From positions 1-54,235 of the IMG/VR virus record IMGVR_UViG_3300025137_000002: a stretch of 54,235 bases of DNA; one strand, given 5' to 3'. The notes beneath the pieces are model-generated. The model was not told the origin of the DNA, ran no database searches, and saw only the letters and a program-made list of their open reading frames with translations. Position numbers and translations under genes: made by a program. Below are positions 8,601-18,340 of the stretch, piece after piece. Positions within the stretch are counted from its first letter, which is position 1. Each line of letters begins with the position of its first letter. This DNA comes from a virus. Its lineage: Duplodnaviria; Caudoviricetes.

Positions 8601-10776
8601 TACTACCATCGTTTCCTGCAGGACCGGTTGAACCCGTTGAACCCGTAGGACCAGTTCCTCCGGTGCTTCCTGTTGTTCCTTTTTGTCCCTTATCACCATC
8701 TCCACCGGCATTACCAGTATTACCAGTTACACCGACCTCACCTTTCTGTCCTTTATCACCTGCTGAACCATCTCCACCGGTTGAACCCGTAGTTCCGGTT
8801 TGACCCTTTTGACCTTTCGTACCAGTATTACCGGTCGGACCTGTACTACCAGTAGGACCATCGCCACCCGTTGAACCGGTTGAACCAGTTGTACCTTTTT
8901 GTCCGGCAGGACCAGTAGGACCAGTTGAACCTTGCGAGCCAGTTGAACCACCCTCGCCTTTTTGTCCCTTAGAACCATCATTACCATCAGAGCCATTGCT
9001 ACCGTTTGAACCACTAGCACCAACTTCTCCCTTTTGACCTTTTGAACCATCGGAGCCGTCATCACCCGTACTACCTGACGGACCAGTAGGACCGGTTGAG
9101 CCAGATGAACCTGATTCTCCTTTTTGACCTTTTGAACTCGCCGCACCTGAAGGACCTGTCGGACCGGTAGGACCGGCTGTACCTGTAGAGCCTTGGCTTC
9201 CTATTTCACCTTTCTGACCTTTAGTTCCTGTTCCAGTAAGACCTAACTCACCTTTTTGACCTTTAGAGCCGTCATTACCATCGCTACCATTTGAACCATT
9301 CGTGCCACCTTGACCTTTCTGACCCTTATCGCCATCAGCACCATCTCCACCTGCCGCTCCTGTATTACCTTGGCTACCTGTATCGCCTGTCTGACCCTTT
9401 TGACCTTGATTACCAGTTACTCCGATTTCACCTTTTTGACCTTTTGAGCCATCGCTACCATCACTTGCTCCGGGACCTGTAGCACCCGTAGTACCCTTTT
9501 GTCCTTTGTCACCTTGACCACCGGTTACACCAACTTCTCCTTTTTGCCCCTTGCTACCATCACTACCATCTGAACCGGCATCACCAGTTAAGCCAGTTGA
9601 ACCCGTTGAGCCTTTCTGCCCTGTTATTGAATTACCTTGCTGACCTTTTTGACCTTTGTCCCCGTCTGAACCATCTGAACCATTATTACCAGTAGAGCCA
9701 GTACTACCTGTGGGACCCGATGGACCTGTGCTACCGGTAGGACCTGTGTTACCTGTAATACCCAATTCACCTTTTTGACCCTTACTTCCTGTACTACCAG
9801 TACTTCCGGTTTGTCCCTTTTGCCCTTTAGCACCTGTATCACCTATATCTCCACTTCTTGCGAATGTAATTATAAGTTCTTCGCCGGCACTAAAAGATGT
9901 GGCACCTGATAAATAAGCGACTGGTACTTTAAAATATCCAGAGGCTTCAGTTATAGCTCCACCAATTTGGAATAATGCGAAATCCGTTGCATCACTTTTA
10001 TTTGAAACTCTTACATGACCTTTGACTGCTGATGTTGAGTCATCAATCGTTCTTAAATATGCTTGTATATCAATTGAGCCTTGGTCTACATCATCAATAA
10101 ACATAACACTTGCTGATGAAACATTCGCATTGTTAAATTTAACAATACCGGCAGTTGGGTCGCTATCAGATGTATCGGTAGCGAAATTAAATTCTACTGT
10201 TTGACCACCGAAGTTACCTTCGTGACCTTTTTGACCTTTTGTTCCTTGTGAGCCGGTTGAACCTGTACTACCTGTGTTACCAGTTGAACCAACTTCCCCT
10301 TTTTGTCCTTTGCTCCCTGTACTCCCAGTTGAGCCTGTCGGACCTGTGTTTCCTTGAATACCTTGTGAACCAGTACTTCCCGTTGAACCGGTTGTTCCTT
10401 TCTGACCTTTGTCCCCTACGCCACCAGTATCTCCGGTTGAACCAGTTGACCCTTTATCACCTTGAACACCCTGCGAACCTGTTGAGCCTGTGCTTCCGGT
10501 AGCACCTGTCGTTCCTTTCTGACCTTGTGAACCGGTATTACCCGTTGTGCCAGTTTGACCCTTTTGACCTTTATCTCCTGTGTTACCAGTAGAGCCGGTA
10601 TTACCCGTTACTCCTACTTCACCTTTTGAACCTTTATCACCTTGATTACCAGTAGGACCGGCAACTGAACTGTCAGCACCCTGTTGTCCCTTTTGTCCTG
10701 CCGGACCTGTAGCACCTTGGGCACCTGCAGGACCTTGAGTTCCAATCGTGACGATATCTATATTATTTGTACTCAT
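5698..10776 (-). CDS. Giant collagen-like fibre protein with C-terminal peptidase S74 intramolecular chaperone
   Basis: About 1,350 aa of Gly-X-Y repeats in three blocks. C-terminal YSDERLK...[15 protein letters not shown]...[15 protein letters not shown] is typical of S74 autocleaving chaperones. Confidence 0.92.
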   Translation of the reverse strand: MSTNNIDIVTIGTQGPAGAQGATGPAGQKGQQGADSSVAGPTGNQGDKGSKGEVGVTGNTGSTGNTGDKGQKGQTGTTGNTGSQGQKGTTGATGSTGSTGSQGVQGDKGSTGSTGDTGGVGDKGQKGTTGSTGSTGSQGIQGNTGPTGSTGSTGSKGQKGEVGSTGNTGSTGSTGSQGTKGQKGHEGNFGGQTVEFNFATDTSDSDPTAGIVKFNNANVSSASVMFIDDVDQGSIDIQAYLRTIDDSTSAVKGHVRVSNKSDATDFALFQIGGAITEASGYFKVPVAYLSGATSFSAGEELIITFARSGDIGDTGAKGQKGQTGSTGSTGSKGQKGELGITGNTGPTGSTGPSGPTGSTGSTGNNGSDGSDGDKGQKGQQGNSITGQKGSTGSTGLTGDAGSDGSDGSKGQKGEVGVTGGQGDKGQKGTTGATGPGASDGSDGSKGQKGEIGVTGNQGQKGQTGDTGSQGNTGAAGGDGADGDKGQKGQGGTNGSNGSDGNDGSKGQKGELGLTGTGTKGQKGEIGSQGSTGTAGPTGPTGPSGAASSKGQKGESGSSGSTGPTGPSGSTGDDGSDGSKGQKGEVGASGSNGSNGSDGNDGSKGQKGEGGSTGSQGSTGPTGPAGQKGTTGSTGSTGGDGPTGSTGPTGNTGTKGQKGQTGTTGSTGGDGSAGDKGQKGEVGVTGNTGNAGGDGDKGQKGTTGSTGGTGPTGSTGSTGPAGNDGSNGDKGQKGEVGVTGSGGSKGQKGEVGVTGNTGATGDDGSDGSTGPTGPSGSKGQKGTTGSTGSTGPTGNTGSTGPSGSNGSNGDKGQKGEVGVTGDTGATGPTGSTGSAGSNGSNGSKGQKGTTGSTGAGGSTGSTGPTGPSGSDGDKGQKGQTGTTGNTGSTGSKGQKGQTGVTGGTGPTGPTGSTGPTGSTGTGITFEGQVAGTSNLPSSGNSKGDAYIVQADDSLHIFDGSSFVSGGSIQGPQGSKGQKGTTGSTGGTGSTGSTGPTGPTGPTGSSGSNGSNGDKGQKGTTGSTGGTGPTGPSGSNGNDGSAGDKGQKGQTGGTGSTGSTGAKGQKGEVGVTGSTGSTGPTGAGGSKGQKGTTGSTGGTGPTGPSGSNGSNGSNGSKGQKGQTGSTGGTGPTGSTGPTGDKGQKGQTGTTGNTGSTGSKGQKGQTGVTGNTGSTGPTGPSGSNGSNGSKGQKGTTGNTGGTGPTGSTGPTGAKGQKGTTGATGSTGPTGSTGSAGSNGSNGSKGQKGQTGNTGPTGNTGGTGPTGPSGSNGSNGSKGQKGQTGSTGGTGPTGSTGSTGGTGPTGGTGPTGSKGQKGQAGSNGGTGPTGNTGGTGPTGQKGQKGTTGNTGGSGPTGSTGPTGPTGGGGSTGAKGQKGQAGSNGSNGGTGPTGPTGGTGPTGAKGQKGQTGNTGPTGSTGSQGGSGPTGPSGGTGPTGGTGPTGAKGQKGQTGGTGGTGPTGPTGPTGNTGSQGGTGPTGGTGSTGAKGQKGQTGGGGSTGSTGPTGPTGPTGPAGSNGSNGGTGPTGPSGGTGPTGPTGPAGGFTTNSNAQVNSLGVNTGASGTAGEIRATNNITAYYSDERLKDFDGTIVNALEKVMQLHGYYFTENAKAKELGYDNDRLQVGVSAQEVQKVLPEVVTEAPIDDKYITVWYDKLIPLLIEAIKELAIDSHSPKGIEDFEGYESIEERIRKLEDK

Positions 10777-11123
10777 CTGCTTACATTTCCTCTTATGGAA
10801 TAAGTGCCATCTAATAGCCTATCCACTTTGCCACTCGCATCAGTTAAATCTATATCGTAAACGCCATCGCCTACTAATAAATTACTTGTGTCAGTTGCTG
10901 ATACTTCAAGTGTGATTGTTCCTGCCGAACCACCCATGGCGACTCGGTTATTGGCAACTGTAAGAGATATTACATCACTAGCATCGTCTTGGTTTTTTCT
11001 TAAATCCATTTCGGCTGAATAGCCACCTAGATTTATTAGAGTACCAGACGGGTCTTTGAGAGTCAGAGTATGCTTAAAGGTTGCTCCCTGCTCAATGATA
11101 AAATGATGATACCCTGCTGCCAT
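10773..11123 (-). CDS. Small beta-sandwich virion adaptor protein (BppU-N-like), probable fibre anchor
   Basis: IEQGATF..LTLKD..G..INL.GYSA.MDLRK ... GVYDI.L ... RLLDG pattern, common upstream of fibre genes. Confidence 0.65.
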   Translation of the reverse strand: MAAGYHHFIIEQGATFKHTLTLKDPSGTLINLGGYSAEMDLRKNQDDASDVISLTVANNRVAMGGSAGTITLEVSATDTSNLLVGDGVYDIDLTDASGKVDRLLDGTYSIRGNVSR

Positions 11124-11194
11124 AAATAATTCCTAATAAATATATGGTATCTACCATTTCAGCGTCTGCTGTTAAAAGTATAACAAATAACTAC

Positions 11195-11554
11195 TTACTT
11201 GGCTTTTTTAGTAGTTTTCTTTGTAGCTTTCTTTTTTGTAGTTTTTTTAGGTGCTTCTCCACCTTCCCAAGCTTCATTCACATCGGGAGTTGATTTATCA
11301 TCTCCTACCAAATGACCTTTTTCATTTCTAGCTCTTTTGATTTCAACTTCAGCTTCAACTTCAATTGTTTCTTCAACTGAATCCATTTTGACTTCCATCG
11401 CCCAACCATTAGCAACAAATTGCTCCATGTTGTTAGCCATTACATCATTGTCAGCTTCAACAACGCTGTCTGCAGTCATTAGCTTAACTTCCATTCCTGC
11501 TTCATCAATAGCAACAGGTTTAGGTACTAATATTTTATATTTTTTATTTGCCAT
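11195..11554 (-). CDS. Hypothetical head-region protein with Lys-rich tail
   Basis: RARNEKGHLVGDDKSTPDVNEAW motif and basic C-terminus. Confidence 0.65.
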   Translation of the reverse strand: MANKKYKILVPKPVAIDEAGMEVKLMTADSVVEADNDVMANNMEQFVANGWAMEVKMDSVEETIEVEAEVEIKRARNEKGHLVGDDKSTPDVNEAWEGGEAPKKTTKKKATKKTTKKAK

Positions 11555-11565
11555 TTTAATTCCTT

Positions 11566-11593
11566 AATAAAGTGGGGAAGTTTCCCTCCCCAC
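11566..11593 (-). terminator. Rho-independent terminator after the capsid genes
   Basis: Minus strand GTGGGGAGG-GAAA-CTTCCCCAC followed by TTTATT. Confidence 0.75.
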
Positions 11594-11611
11594 AAGTTTC
11601 TACAACCTAGC

Positions 11612-12034
11612 TTATGCCGGTGCGTGTCTTGGCTTACCAAGAATTACACTTGCACTCACTGGAGTTCCAGTGCCATGAGTTCCGCTAAAGTTAGCGACTA
11701 CTCTTACATATCTCTTTGTACCTAAGTACTCAATCTCAGAGATTTGTGGCGACTCAGCATTATCGTCTAATGTAAGGAAATTTCCATTAGCACTTAAAGT
11801 GCCATTTACATCAGATGACTCGGCATCACTCCAAGAAGAATTGTCATCAGAATGCTCTAATTCAAATTCAATCTTGTTTGTGCCACTGAGCGTAATACCT
11901 TCAACACCTGAATCAACAACGACAGCTACATTTTCATAGCCTTGTGTGTCAACGCCAGTACCGTTAGCATCAGCATCTAAAACTGCAGGAGCTATAGATT
12001 GCATTAGTTTAATGTTATTACTTAAATCTTGCAT
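11612..12034 (-). CDS. Putative capsid decoration/auxiliary head protein
   Basis: 140-aa beta-rich protein immediately after the major capsid gene (GVDTQGY, LEHSDD, KRYVRVVA). Confidence 0.65.
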   Translation of the reverse strand: MQDLSNNIKLMQSIAPAVLDADANGTGVDTQGYENVAVVVDSGVEGITLSGTNKIEFELEHSDDNSSWSDAESSDVNGTLSANGNFLTLDDNAESPQISEIEYLGTKRYVRVVANFSGTHGTGTPVSASVILGKPRHAPA

Positions 12035-12047
12035 TATTTACTCCTTA

Positions 12048-13262
12048 TTAAGATGATATTTTAAGTTTAGCCAAAGCTTCAGCCTGTATTACTTGACCAC
12101 CGACTCTACGCCTAGCAATGTATCTAACATTACCAGTTGTTGCTTGAGTTAGGTTGTCTTTCAATACTGACATATTGACTCTGTCCACGATCATGTACCC
12201 TCTTCGGAAATCACCGAAAGCTACTGGGAATGCATTAGACGCAATGTCTGGCATATCTGTAGCTTCAACATAGTTATATCCTAAGATAGAAGCAGTTGCT
12301 CCACCTTGTAATGACATACCAGTTTGGAATACATATTGACCTGCTGTATCTTTCAATTTTCTGATTGCCGCAAGTGTAGTTCTGTTAAATACAAAAGTAC
12401 CATTTCTTGCGTAGTCAGACTTGATAGAATGAACAAGTGAGATTAATGAATCGGCAGTAATAGCTGATGCACTTCCACTGTTTGTTTCTGTTAATCCAGA
12501 AGCAACCATGAAGCCTTCAGGTTTCCCTACTGCGTTACCCAATACGAAAGCATTACCTTCAGCTTTTGCGAACTGCTCAGAAAATTCTGATTGCATTTCA
12601 GCTTCTAGGTTGAATACAGTATCTTCTAAATCTTGTTCAGAAATATCTACTAGAGCGTATTGCTCATGTGCAGGTAGTTCTTCAAGACCGACTCTGTATC
12701 CGTCAGTTTCGCTACGAGTTCCGCTTTCAGCGACCCATTGTGCAGAGAAAGTAGCAGTTTTCTTTGGTATTTGAATACTTCTAGAGCCTGTGCTTCTTAC
12801 TCTCGCAATACCTCTAATCGGAGATATTTCAGTTACTTGCTTTAGAAGTTCTCTGATATATTCCGGTGGTGCTAAATATCCACCTGTTGAGTCATTGCTT
12901 ACTGTTAACGCTTTCTTTTCATCTGCTTCAAGTCCATTAAGACCCTTACGCAAATAAATGCCAAACGCATTCGTATAATCATCTACCTGTTTTGTATCCA
13001 TTCCTGATGCAGGTCTTTTCAGAACTGTCTCAATTTTTTCTACATGGTTTTTGATTACTTCGGCTTCCGCTTGTGACTTTTCTAGTGTTACTTTAACATC
13101 TTCAAGAGCAGACATGTCTGATTCCATCTTTGCTAACTTACTTTCTAAATCGCCAACAGCTTCACCTTTTTCTAGCTTAGCCAATCTATCGTCATTTACC
13201 TTTTTAAATTCTTCAAAGGTTGAACCGATTTCTTGGATAGCTGATTTTACATCTTCCGACAT
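12048..13262 (-). CDS. Major capsid protein, HK97 family
   Basis: N-terminal coiled-coil delta domain, GGYLAPPE, WVAE, GKPEG, LKDTAGQY, FGDFRRGY, RRRVGG. Confidence 0.96.
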   Translation of the reverse strand: MSEDVKSAIQEIGSTFEEFKKVNDDRLAKLEKGEAVGDLESKLAKMESDMSALEDVKVTLEKSQAEAEVIKNHVEKIETVLKRPASGMDTKQVDDYTNAFGIYLRKGLNGLEADEKKALTVSNDSTGGYLAPPEYIRELLKQVTEISPIRGIARVRSTGSRSIQIPKKTATFSAQWVAESGTRSETDGYRVGLEELPAHEQYALVDISEQDLEDTVFNLEAEMQSEFSEQFAKAEGNAFVLGNAVGKPEGFMVASGLTETNSGSASAITADSLISLVHSIKSDYARNGTFVFNRTTLAAIRKLKDTAGQYVFQTGMSLQGGATASILGYNYVEATDMPDIASNAFPVAFGDFRRGYMIVDRVNMSVLKDNLTQATTGNVRYIARRRVGGQVIQAEALAKLKISS

Positions 13263-13275
13263 AATAAATCCTCCA

Positions 13276-14208
13276 TTAAGATTTTAAGGTTAATTTTATT
13301 TTCTTCACCTCGTCTAAGATTTCTGCCATCGTATCAGCCTCTCGCTGACCGAATGACTTGTGAACAGCACCTGCTGCCACTTTCGCTTCTGAACGAGAAA
13401 GATTGAAAGCATCTCGCAATCCATTTTCCCACTCTCTAATAGTAATATCTTCTCCTTTAACACTTCTAATCATCGCTTTAGGATTCATAGGGAATGTAAC
13501 AAGGGATACTTCCATTAAGTCTACCTCTTTGATAATACGCTTATTGGTGCGTCTATCATAAGAAACTTTTTCAGGGTTAACTCTGAAGCCTATTGAAAGA
13601 CCTTTTAAAGCACCCATTTTCATTAACTCATAAGCCTCAGCACCTGCTTGTGTTTTTAAAGCAAGTCTACCTTTCACTTTGAGTCCGTGTTCATCTTCTT
13701 TGATTGAATCAAATACACCGATAGGCATATCTGACTTATGTTGATATAAGAGTTTTACATCTACAGGTTTTTTTTGTTTGAGCGTTTGAGTGAAAGCACC
13801 ATACTCTACAACATCATTACCTAAATCTTTGTTTCCAAAAACTGAGCCGTATCCTTCAAATTCTCCGTACTCTTTTTCTTCGTCATCATCTTGACTTCCG
13901 TATGCTTTTATTTCTGCATCAAAATCAAGTGTTTTGGATTCGCTAGGTTTTTTTGGTTTGTAGCCAGAAACATCATTGCCTACGAGTTCAATATATTCAT
14001 CGTGGGTTTTGCATGGCATATATATTTTGTTCCCATCTTCATCATGGGAGTGTGACCCTACGCACCCGATAGCCTCGGCTCTTTCTACTGCCTCTGCTTC
14101 GGTCGTGAACACATCTTCACGGATTTGTTCTTTTACATCATTCAAGTTTGAATCTTCTTGCGAATCGTGAACGCTGTCACGGACAGTTGCTAAACTTTCA
14201 TTACTCAT
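13276..14208 (-). CDS. HK97-type prohead protease with N-terminal His/Cys accessory domain
   Basis: FEGYGSVFGNKD, LLYQH, GLSIGF, LMEVSLVTFPMNP. Confidence 0.93.
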   Translation of the reverse strand: MSNESLATVRDSVHDSQEDSNLNDVKEQIREDVFTTEAEAVERAEAIGCVGSHSHDEDGNKIYMPCKTHDEYIELVGNDVSGYKPKKPSESKTLDFDAEIKAYGSQDDDEEKEYGEFEGYGSVFGNKDLGNDVVEYGAFTQTLKQKKPVDVKLLYQHKSDMPIGVFDSIKEDEHGLKVKGRLALKTQAGAEAYELMKMGALKGLSIGFRVNPEKVSYDRRTNKRIIKEVDLMEVSLVTFPMNPKAMIRSVKGEDITIREWENGLRDAFNLSRSEAKVAAGAVHKSFGQREADTMAEILDEVKKIKLTLKS

Positions 14209-14316
14209 ACTGTCCTCTCTTTATATATTCTTAAATATTGCTCAATATTCAAAGAGCTACTCCTATATATAGTATCTTATGTCTGATGTTATCACAATAT
14301 ATACCAATAAAGAATA

Positions 14317-15123
14317 TTATGTGACTTCGTCGTCCTCATCAGCGTATATGATTACACATCTACAGTTGATTACATTCTTCGCTCCCCCTTTTGGGTCACC
14401 AGCATAACTCATAGGTACACCACCAACTATAAAGTCCTCATTCATGCCAACTGTTTTACCATTAACTTCAGCATGGTCGGGTCTTGTTCTAGCATCATTT
14501 GTAGCTACCCATTTCTTTACTAGCTTAGTGCCTAAGTCTTGTTCAACTAATGTGTGATATTGATGTGAGGCAAAACTTGCCGCATTGTGAGTCTCCGTCC
14601 GAGCTATCATTCTCGCTCTTGAAAGATTTATAAGATTATATTTTGCTGTTATTGAACGGGCGATATCAGATATCGTTAAACCTTCTGCTCTTAGTTTCAC
14701 TATGTCTCTACTTATCCTTGCCGACATATTAGCTGTTATGCCTTGAAGAAATAAAGTTCTAGTCTTGAAGTATTCCTCAACCTGTCTTTCAAAATCAATT
14801 GACCTACCAAATACGAATGCTTCCTTTTGATTATTCATTCTTTCATTATGTTCGTAGATATTCTTTGACACCCTACGATAATGTGAAAGGACTAATGGTA
14901 TAAAATCTTCATTGAGTGAGCCGGTCGCAATATCTCGTTCGTAAATACCGAACTGCGTATATAGGAACATGTGAACATTGGTGAACTTACGAAAAAGGCT
15001 ATCTAACTTTCTTACAAACCTTTTTTCAAGATTGTTCCTGATAATAAGTTGTTGTCTTGCTTCTTGACGAGAGTTGATTCTACCTTTACGAAAAGACGCG
15101 AAACTTTTCTTTTGTTTTTGCAT
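14317..15123 (-). CDS. Head morphogenesis protein (Mu gpF / SPP1 gp7-like)
   Basis: RARMIARTETHNA, KKWVATNDARTRPDH, NVINCRC. Confidence 0.9.
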   Translation of the reverse strand: MQKQKKSFASFRKGRINSRQEARQQLIIRNNLEKRFVRKLDSLFRKFTNVHMFLYTQFGIYERDIATGSLNEDFIPLVLSHYRRVSKNIYEHNERMNNQKEAFVFGRSIDFERQVEEYFKTRTLFLQGITANMSARISRDIVKLRAEGLTISDIARSITAKYNLINLSRARMIARTETHNAASFASHQYHTLVEQDLGTKLVKKWVATNDARTRPDHAEVNGKTVGMNEDFIVGGVPMSYAGDPKGGAKNVINCRCVIIYADEDDEVT

Positions 15124-17039
15124 TACACTTTACGCAAAGTCGCAAATCTATGTCCTACAATTACATCAGATGGTTCGCCACCTTGATAGACTCTTATTAA
15201 ACATGCCGGATTATCTTCCGTAGCATTTAAAGTGAAGTCAGTTTTTGGTACTGGTAATTTACCTTCTTTAACTATCTTTGTGATTTTACCTCTTGCTCTG
15301 CCACCACTTGAATCCCAACTGACCATGTCCCCAACTTTTAAAGAACCTGCTTCAGCTTTTGATTCATTCTCAATTTGAGCTCTTTTCTTTTTCGCCCATG
15401 ATTGACCTGCATCGCCACCCCATAATGCCCAAGCTATCCTTCCGTTTGATGGGTAGCCTTTTTCACCCGGACTGAAACCATCAGCCTGTTTATCTACTTC
15501 ATGCCTTGAAAAGAATGAGTGCATACGAGTTACCGTGTCTAAGGAGAGTTTTTCTTTATTGCTGATAGAGTTTGCCCTAGCCATTCCAACCGATGTACCA
15601 CCTCTACCGAATTCTTTTCTCCATGCTAATCCCTTATTCGCTTCTGATATCATTCCAGAAGTAGGCGTTGTATCAATATCGCTCAACGCTTTATCCATCG
15701 CATACCATTCTTCAAACTTTTCATCTTCATCATCACTGACCAAATCAAGCTCATCTTCTGATATAGGATTATCAGGTACGGGAACAGCATCATCACCGAT
15801 TGGGAATAAATTAGCTGATATGTATAAACCATCGGCACCATCAATTGGTTCAAGTCCTATTCTTTCCCTAGCTTCATTCCTTGTCATGATGCCTTCTCTT
15901 ACAGCACTAGAGACATTCTCATATATTTTCTTTCTACGCTCTGATAAAGCCGGTATTGAATCAACATCAAATCTTAATTCTAATCTATCGTCAAACATTG
16001 GGACTAACCACTCGTTCAAGTCAGAAGCAACCTTTGATAGATGTGGAATAATTGTTTCTTCGTAAAGTGCGAGTCTAGCTTCGGCAACATTAGAATAAGT
16101 TTGAGCATCAGGCACTCCTACTAACTGGCTTGGTACTCCGAAGCACATTGCGATATCTGTGGCTGACATATGTTTAAGATTTAAGAAATCCATGTCTTTT
16201 GGTGATAGACCCATTTCTTTCCAATCAAAGTCGCCTTCAAGAAGCATAGGTCTACCGGCATTACCGACACCTGAAAATCTGTTTTGTAAATCAGTTAGTA
16301 ATTGTTGTCTTTGTGTTTCTGAAAGATTGACTGCAAAGCCTTGGTCATCTTTAGGTTTAAATACAATAGCACCACTCGGTCTTGCTCCATTACTTAATAA
16401 ATTAACATTGTGTTTACTTGCCATATTGAATTGGTCAACTTCAACTGCTGCTGCTGATAATGGAGAACAACCATAATAGTCATCAAGTGGATTCCATAGC
16501 TTCATGTGTTTAAGGTCAGAGTAACCACTGTCCTCATCAACGGGGTATGTATCTACAACCCTACCATTTACTGAATACTCATACCTATCCGGTATAGGTT
16601 TGTTTGAGCCTTTAATAGTTATTCTGTCCGGTCTTAATTGATGAAGTTCGCGAGGAGCACCTTGGTCAGCACCAATTTTTAGAACATAAGAATTACCACT
16701 CAATAATAAATATCCGTGTAGACTTGTAAAAAATTCTGTGTAGCTTTGTAATGGGTTGGGTCTAAGTAGTAAATCAATAAGAGGGTGGTTCTCAACTATT
16801 TGGTCGCCGTTGTATAACATGAAAGGAACAGCACTGGCACCTTTTGATACTTCATTAACGCAACGATATACAATCGCATTTTTAAGATAACCTTCATTCG
16901 CGAGGTCTTGATACTTGTATTCTTTTCTTTGGTTAGCGTCTACGCCAAAGTAACCCATCATCTTCTGATTGTGTTCTTTGATTTCATCATCAACATTAAT
17001 GTTAAATAATCTTTGTATGATATTTCTTTTATCTGCCAT
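15123..17039 (-). CDS. Portal protein, HK97 family, with C-terminal extensions
   Basis: VYRCV, LLLRPNP, LLLSGNSY, GCSPLSAA, NGARPSG, FGVPSQLVG, TYSNV, MTRNEARERIGL. Confidence 0.95.
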   Translation of the reverse strand: MADKRNIIQRLFNINVDDEIKEHNQKMMGYFGVDANQRKEYKYQDLANEGYLKNAIVYRCVNEVSKGASAVPFMLYNGDQIVENHPLIDLLLRPNPLQSYTEFFTSLHGYLLLSGNSYVLKIGADQGAPRELHQLRPDRITIKGSNKPIPDRYEYSVNGRVVDTYPVDEDSGYSDLKHMKLWNPLDDYYGCSPLSAAAVEVDQFNMASKHNVNLLSNGARPSGAIVFKPKDDQGFAVNLSETQRQQLLTDLQNRFSGVGNAGRPMLLEGDFDWKEMGLSPKDMDFLNLKHMSATDIAMCFGVPSQLVGVPDAQTYSNVAEARLALYEETIIPHLSKVASDLNEWLVPMFDDRLELRFDVDSIPALSERRKKIYENVSSAVREGIMTRNEARERIGLEPIDGADGLYISANLFPIGDDAVPVPDNPISEDELDLVSDDEDEKFEEWYAMDKALSDIDTTPTSGMISEANKGLAWRKEFGRGGTSVGMARANSISNKEKLSLDTVTRMHSFFSRHEVDKQADGFSPGEKGYPSNGRIAWALWGGDAGQSWAKKKRAQIENESKAEAGSLKVGDMVSWDSSGGRARGKITKIVKEGKLPVPKTDFTLNATEDNPACLIRVYQGGEPSDVIVGHRFATLRKV

Positions 17040-18340
17040 TAGCTAACTCTCCATGCTACATCGCCTCTAGATTTAGATAGTTCAGCCAATCCCCAAACCA
17101 ATGCGTCAAGTCTATCTGGCGATTCTTGGTTCGCCTCACCAGTGTATGAACACATTTGGCTTTCTAGCTCTGGGAACATTCCTATATGATGCACTCTCCT
17201 TTGTTCGTAAAGTGCGGCAATCGGTTCGGCTCTAAGTATTTTACCTCTTGTTGCCCTTACAGCACGGTAAGGAACATTAGGGTCAACGCTTCTTAGTAAC
17301 CTTTCCACTAAATCGCCTCCATTGTTCACCTCTGCGACTACTCTATCTGCACCCCATTCATAAAATGCATGGATAGTTTTTTTCGCCCATTGATCAGGAC
17401 TGTATTTCCCTGATATATCTTCTAATACATAATACTCGTTATTGAAGTCTTTGCCAACCACGACAATCCCAGTCTCATCAGAGTTGGCATTGGCAGTTAC
17501 AGCAGGGTCTACAGCTACTATAATTTGTGTGAGGTCTTTTTCAGTATTAGCCGGTAATCTTGATTCTTCAATGAGGGCAGTTTTCCACAACGCACCTTCA
17601 ATCATATCTATGATTTCAGCATACAGTTCTTGCCTACCTAAATTAGTGCCTTCATATTTTTCTTTCAACATAGCCAAAGCACTACTCGCAAGATTGGCCT
17701 CATTCTCAAATGTTGAACCACTTGTAACTATACAGTCATCTCTTTCAACTAAATCCCTGATTAGTTTCGTTGGCTTGGGGGTGGTAGTAATAATACATTG
17801 AGGGTTTTCACCTAAACGCAAACCAAACATCAATTGGTCAAATGCTTCGGGGTATCTCCATGATGCTAATTCATCGCACCATGCTCTATGAAACTGTGGT
17901 CCTCTTAACCTTTCTGGCTCTTGAGCCGCATACCCCACTATCTTACTTCCGTTGTACAATCTTATTTCTGCTAAAGATGATGAATACCCTTTTTGATTAT
18001 TTTGGTCTAAACAGTTTTCAGGAATAACCGAAACAAGACCTGATGGTCCTCCAAAACATACACGCCTTAAATCTCCATGAGTAGGAGCAACAACAGCACA
18101 TATACTGCCAGGATTTTTCAAAGCATAGATTGCGATATCTTGAGCACCTGTTCTAGTCTTACCCCAACCACGACCGGCTAAGATTAACCAAATGAAATGC
18201 TCTGCTTCCGGCTGAAGTTGTTTCTCTCTAGCTTGTGCTATCCACTTAGTGTATAGATTCCAAGTCGCCTCTTCGCTTAGCGTTTGCAACTTCGTCCAAG
18301 AGGTCCATAGCTTCTCGGAAAGATGTGGTGTCTTTGACAC
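17039..18340 (-). CDS. Terminase large subunit
   Basis: Walker A AGRGWGKT, Walker B AWCDE, TTTP coupling motif, nuclease VAVDPA and SPDRLDA. The true start may be slightly downstream. Confidence 0.95.
   Translation of the reverse strand: MSKTPHLSEKLWTSWTKLQTLSEEATWNLYTKWIAQAREKQLQPEAEHFIWLILAGRGWGKTRTGAQDIAIYALKNPGSICAVVAPTHGDLRRVCFGGPSGLVSVIPENCLDQNNQKGYSSSLAEIRLYNGSKIVGYAAQEPERLRGPQFHRAWCDELASWRYPEAFDQLMFGLRLGENPQCIITTTPKPTKLIRDLVERDDCIVTSGSTFENEANLASSALAMLKEKYEGTNLGRQELYAEIIDMIEGALWKTALIEESRLPANTEKDLTQIIVAVDPAVTANANSDETGIVVVGKDFNNEYYVLEDISGKYSPDQWAKKTIHAFYEWGADRVVAEVNNGGDLVERLLRSVDPNVPYRAVRATRGKILRAEPIAALYEQRRVHHIGMFPELESQMCSYTGEANQESPDRLDALVWGLAELSKSRGDVAWRVS

Noticed and set aside
6120-10502. 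Many alternative-frame and antisense ORFs within the collagen gene (e.g. 6120-7235)
   Set aside because: These are shadows of the stop-poor Gly-X-Y codon pattern, with no RBS or independent signal.
6160-10745. Recurrent ~20-nt repeats (TGACCTTTTTGACC-like) resembling a CRISPR or DGR array
   Set aside because: They are degenerate at third codon positions and encode KGQKG; spacing is irregular, and no cas operon or reverse transcriptase is present.
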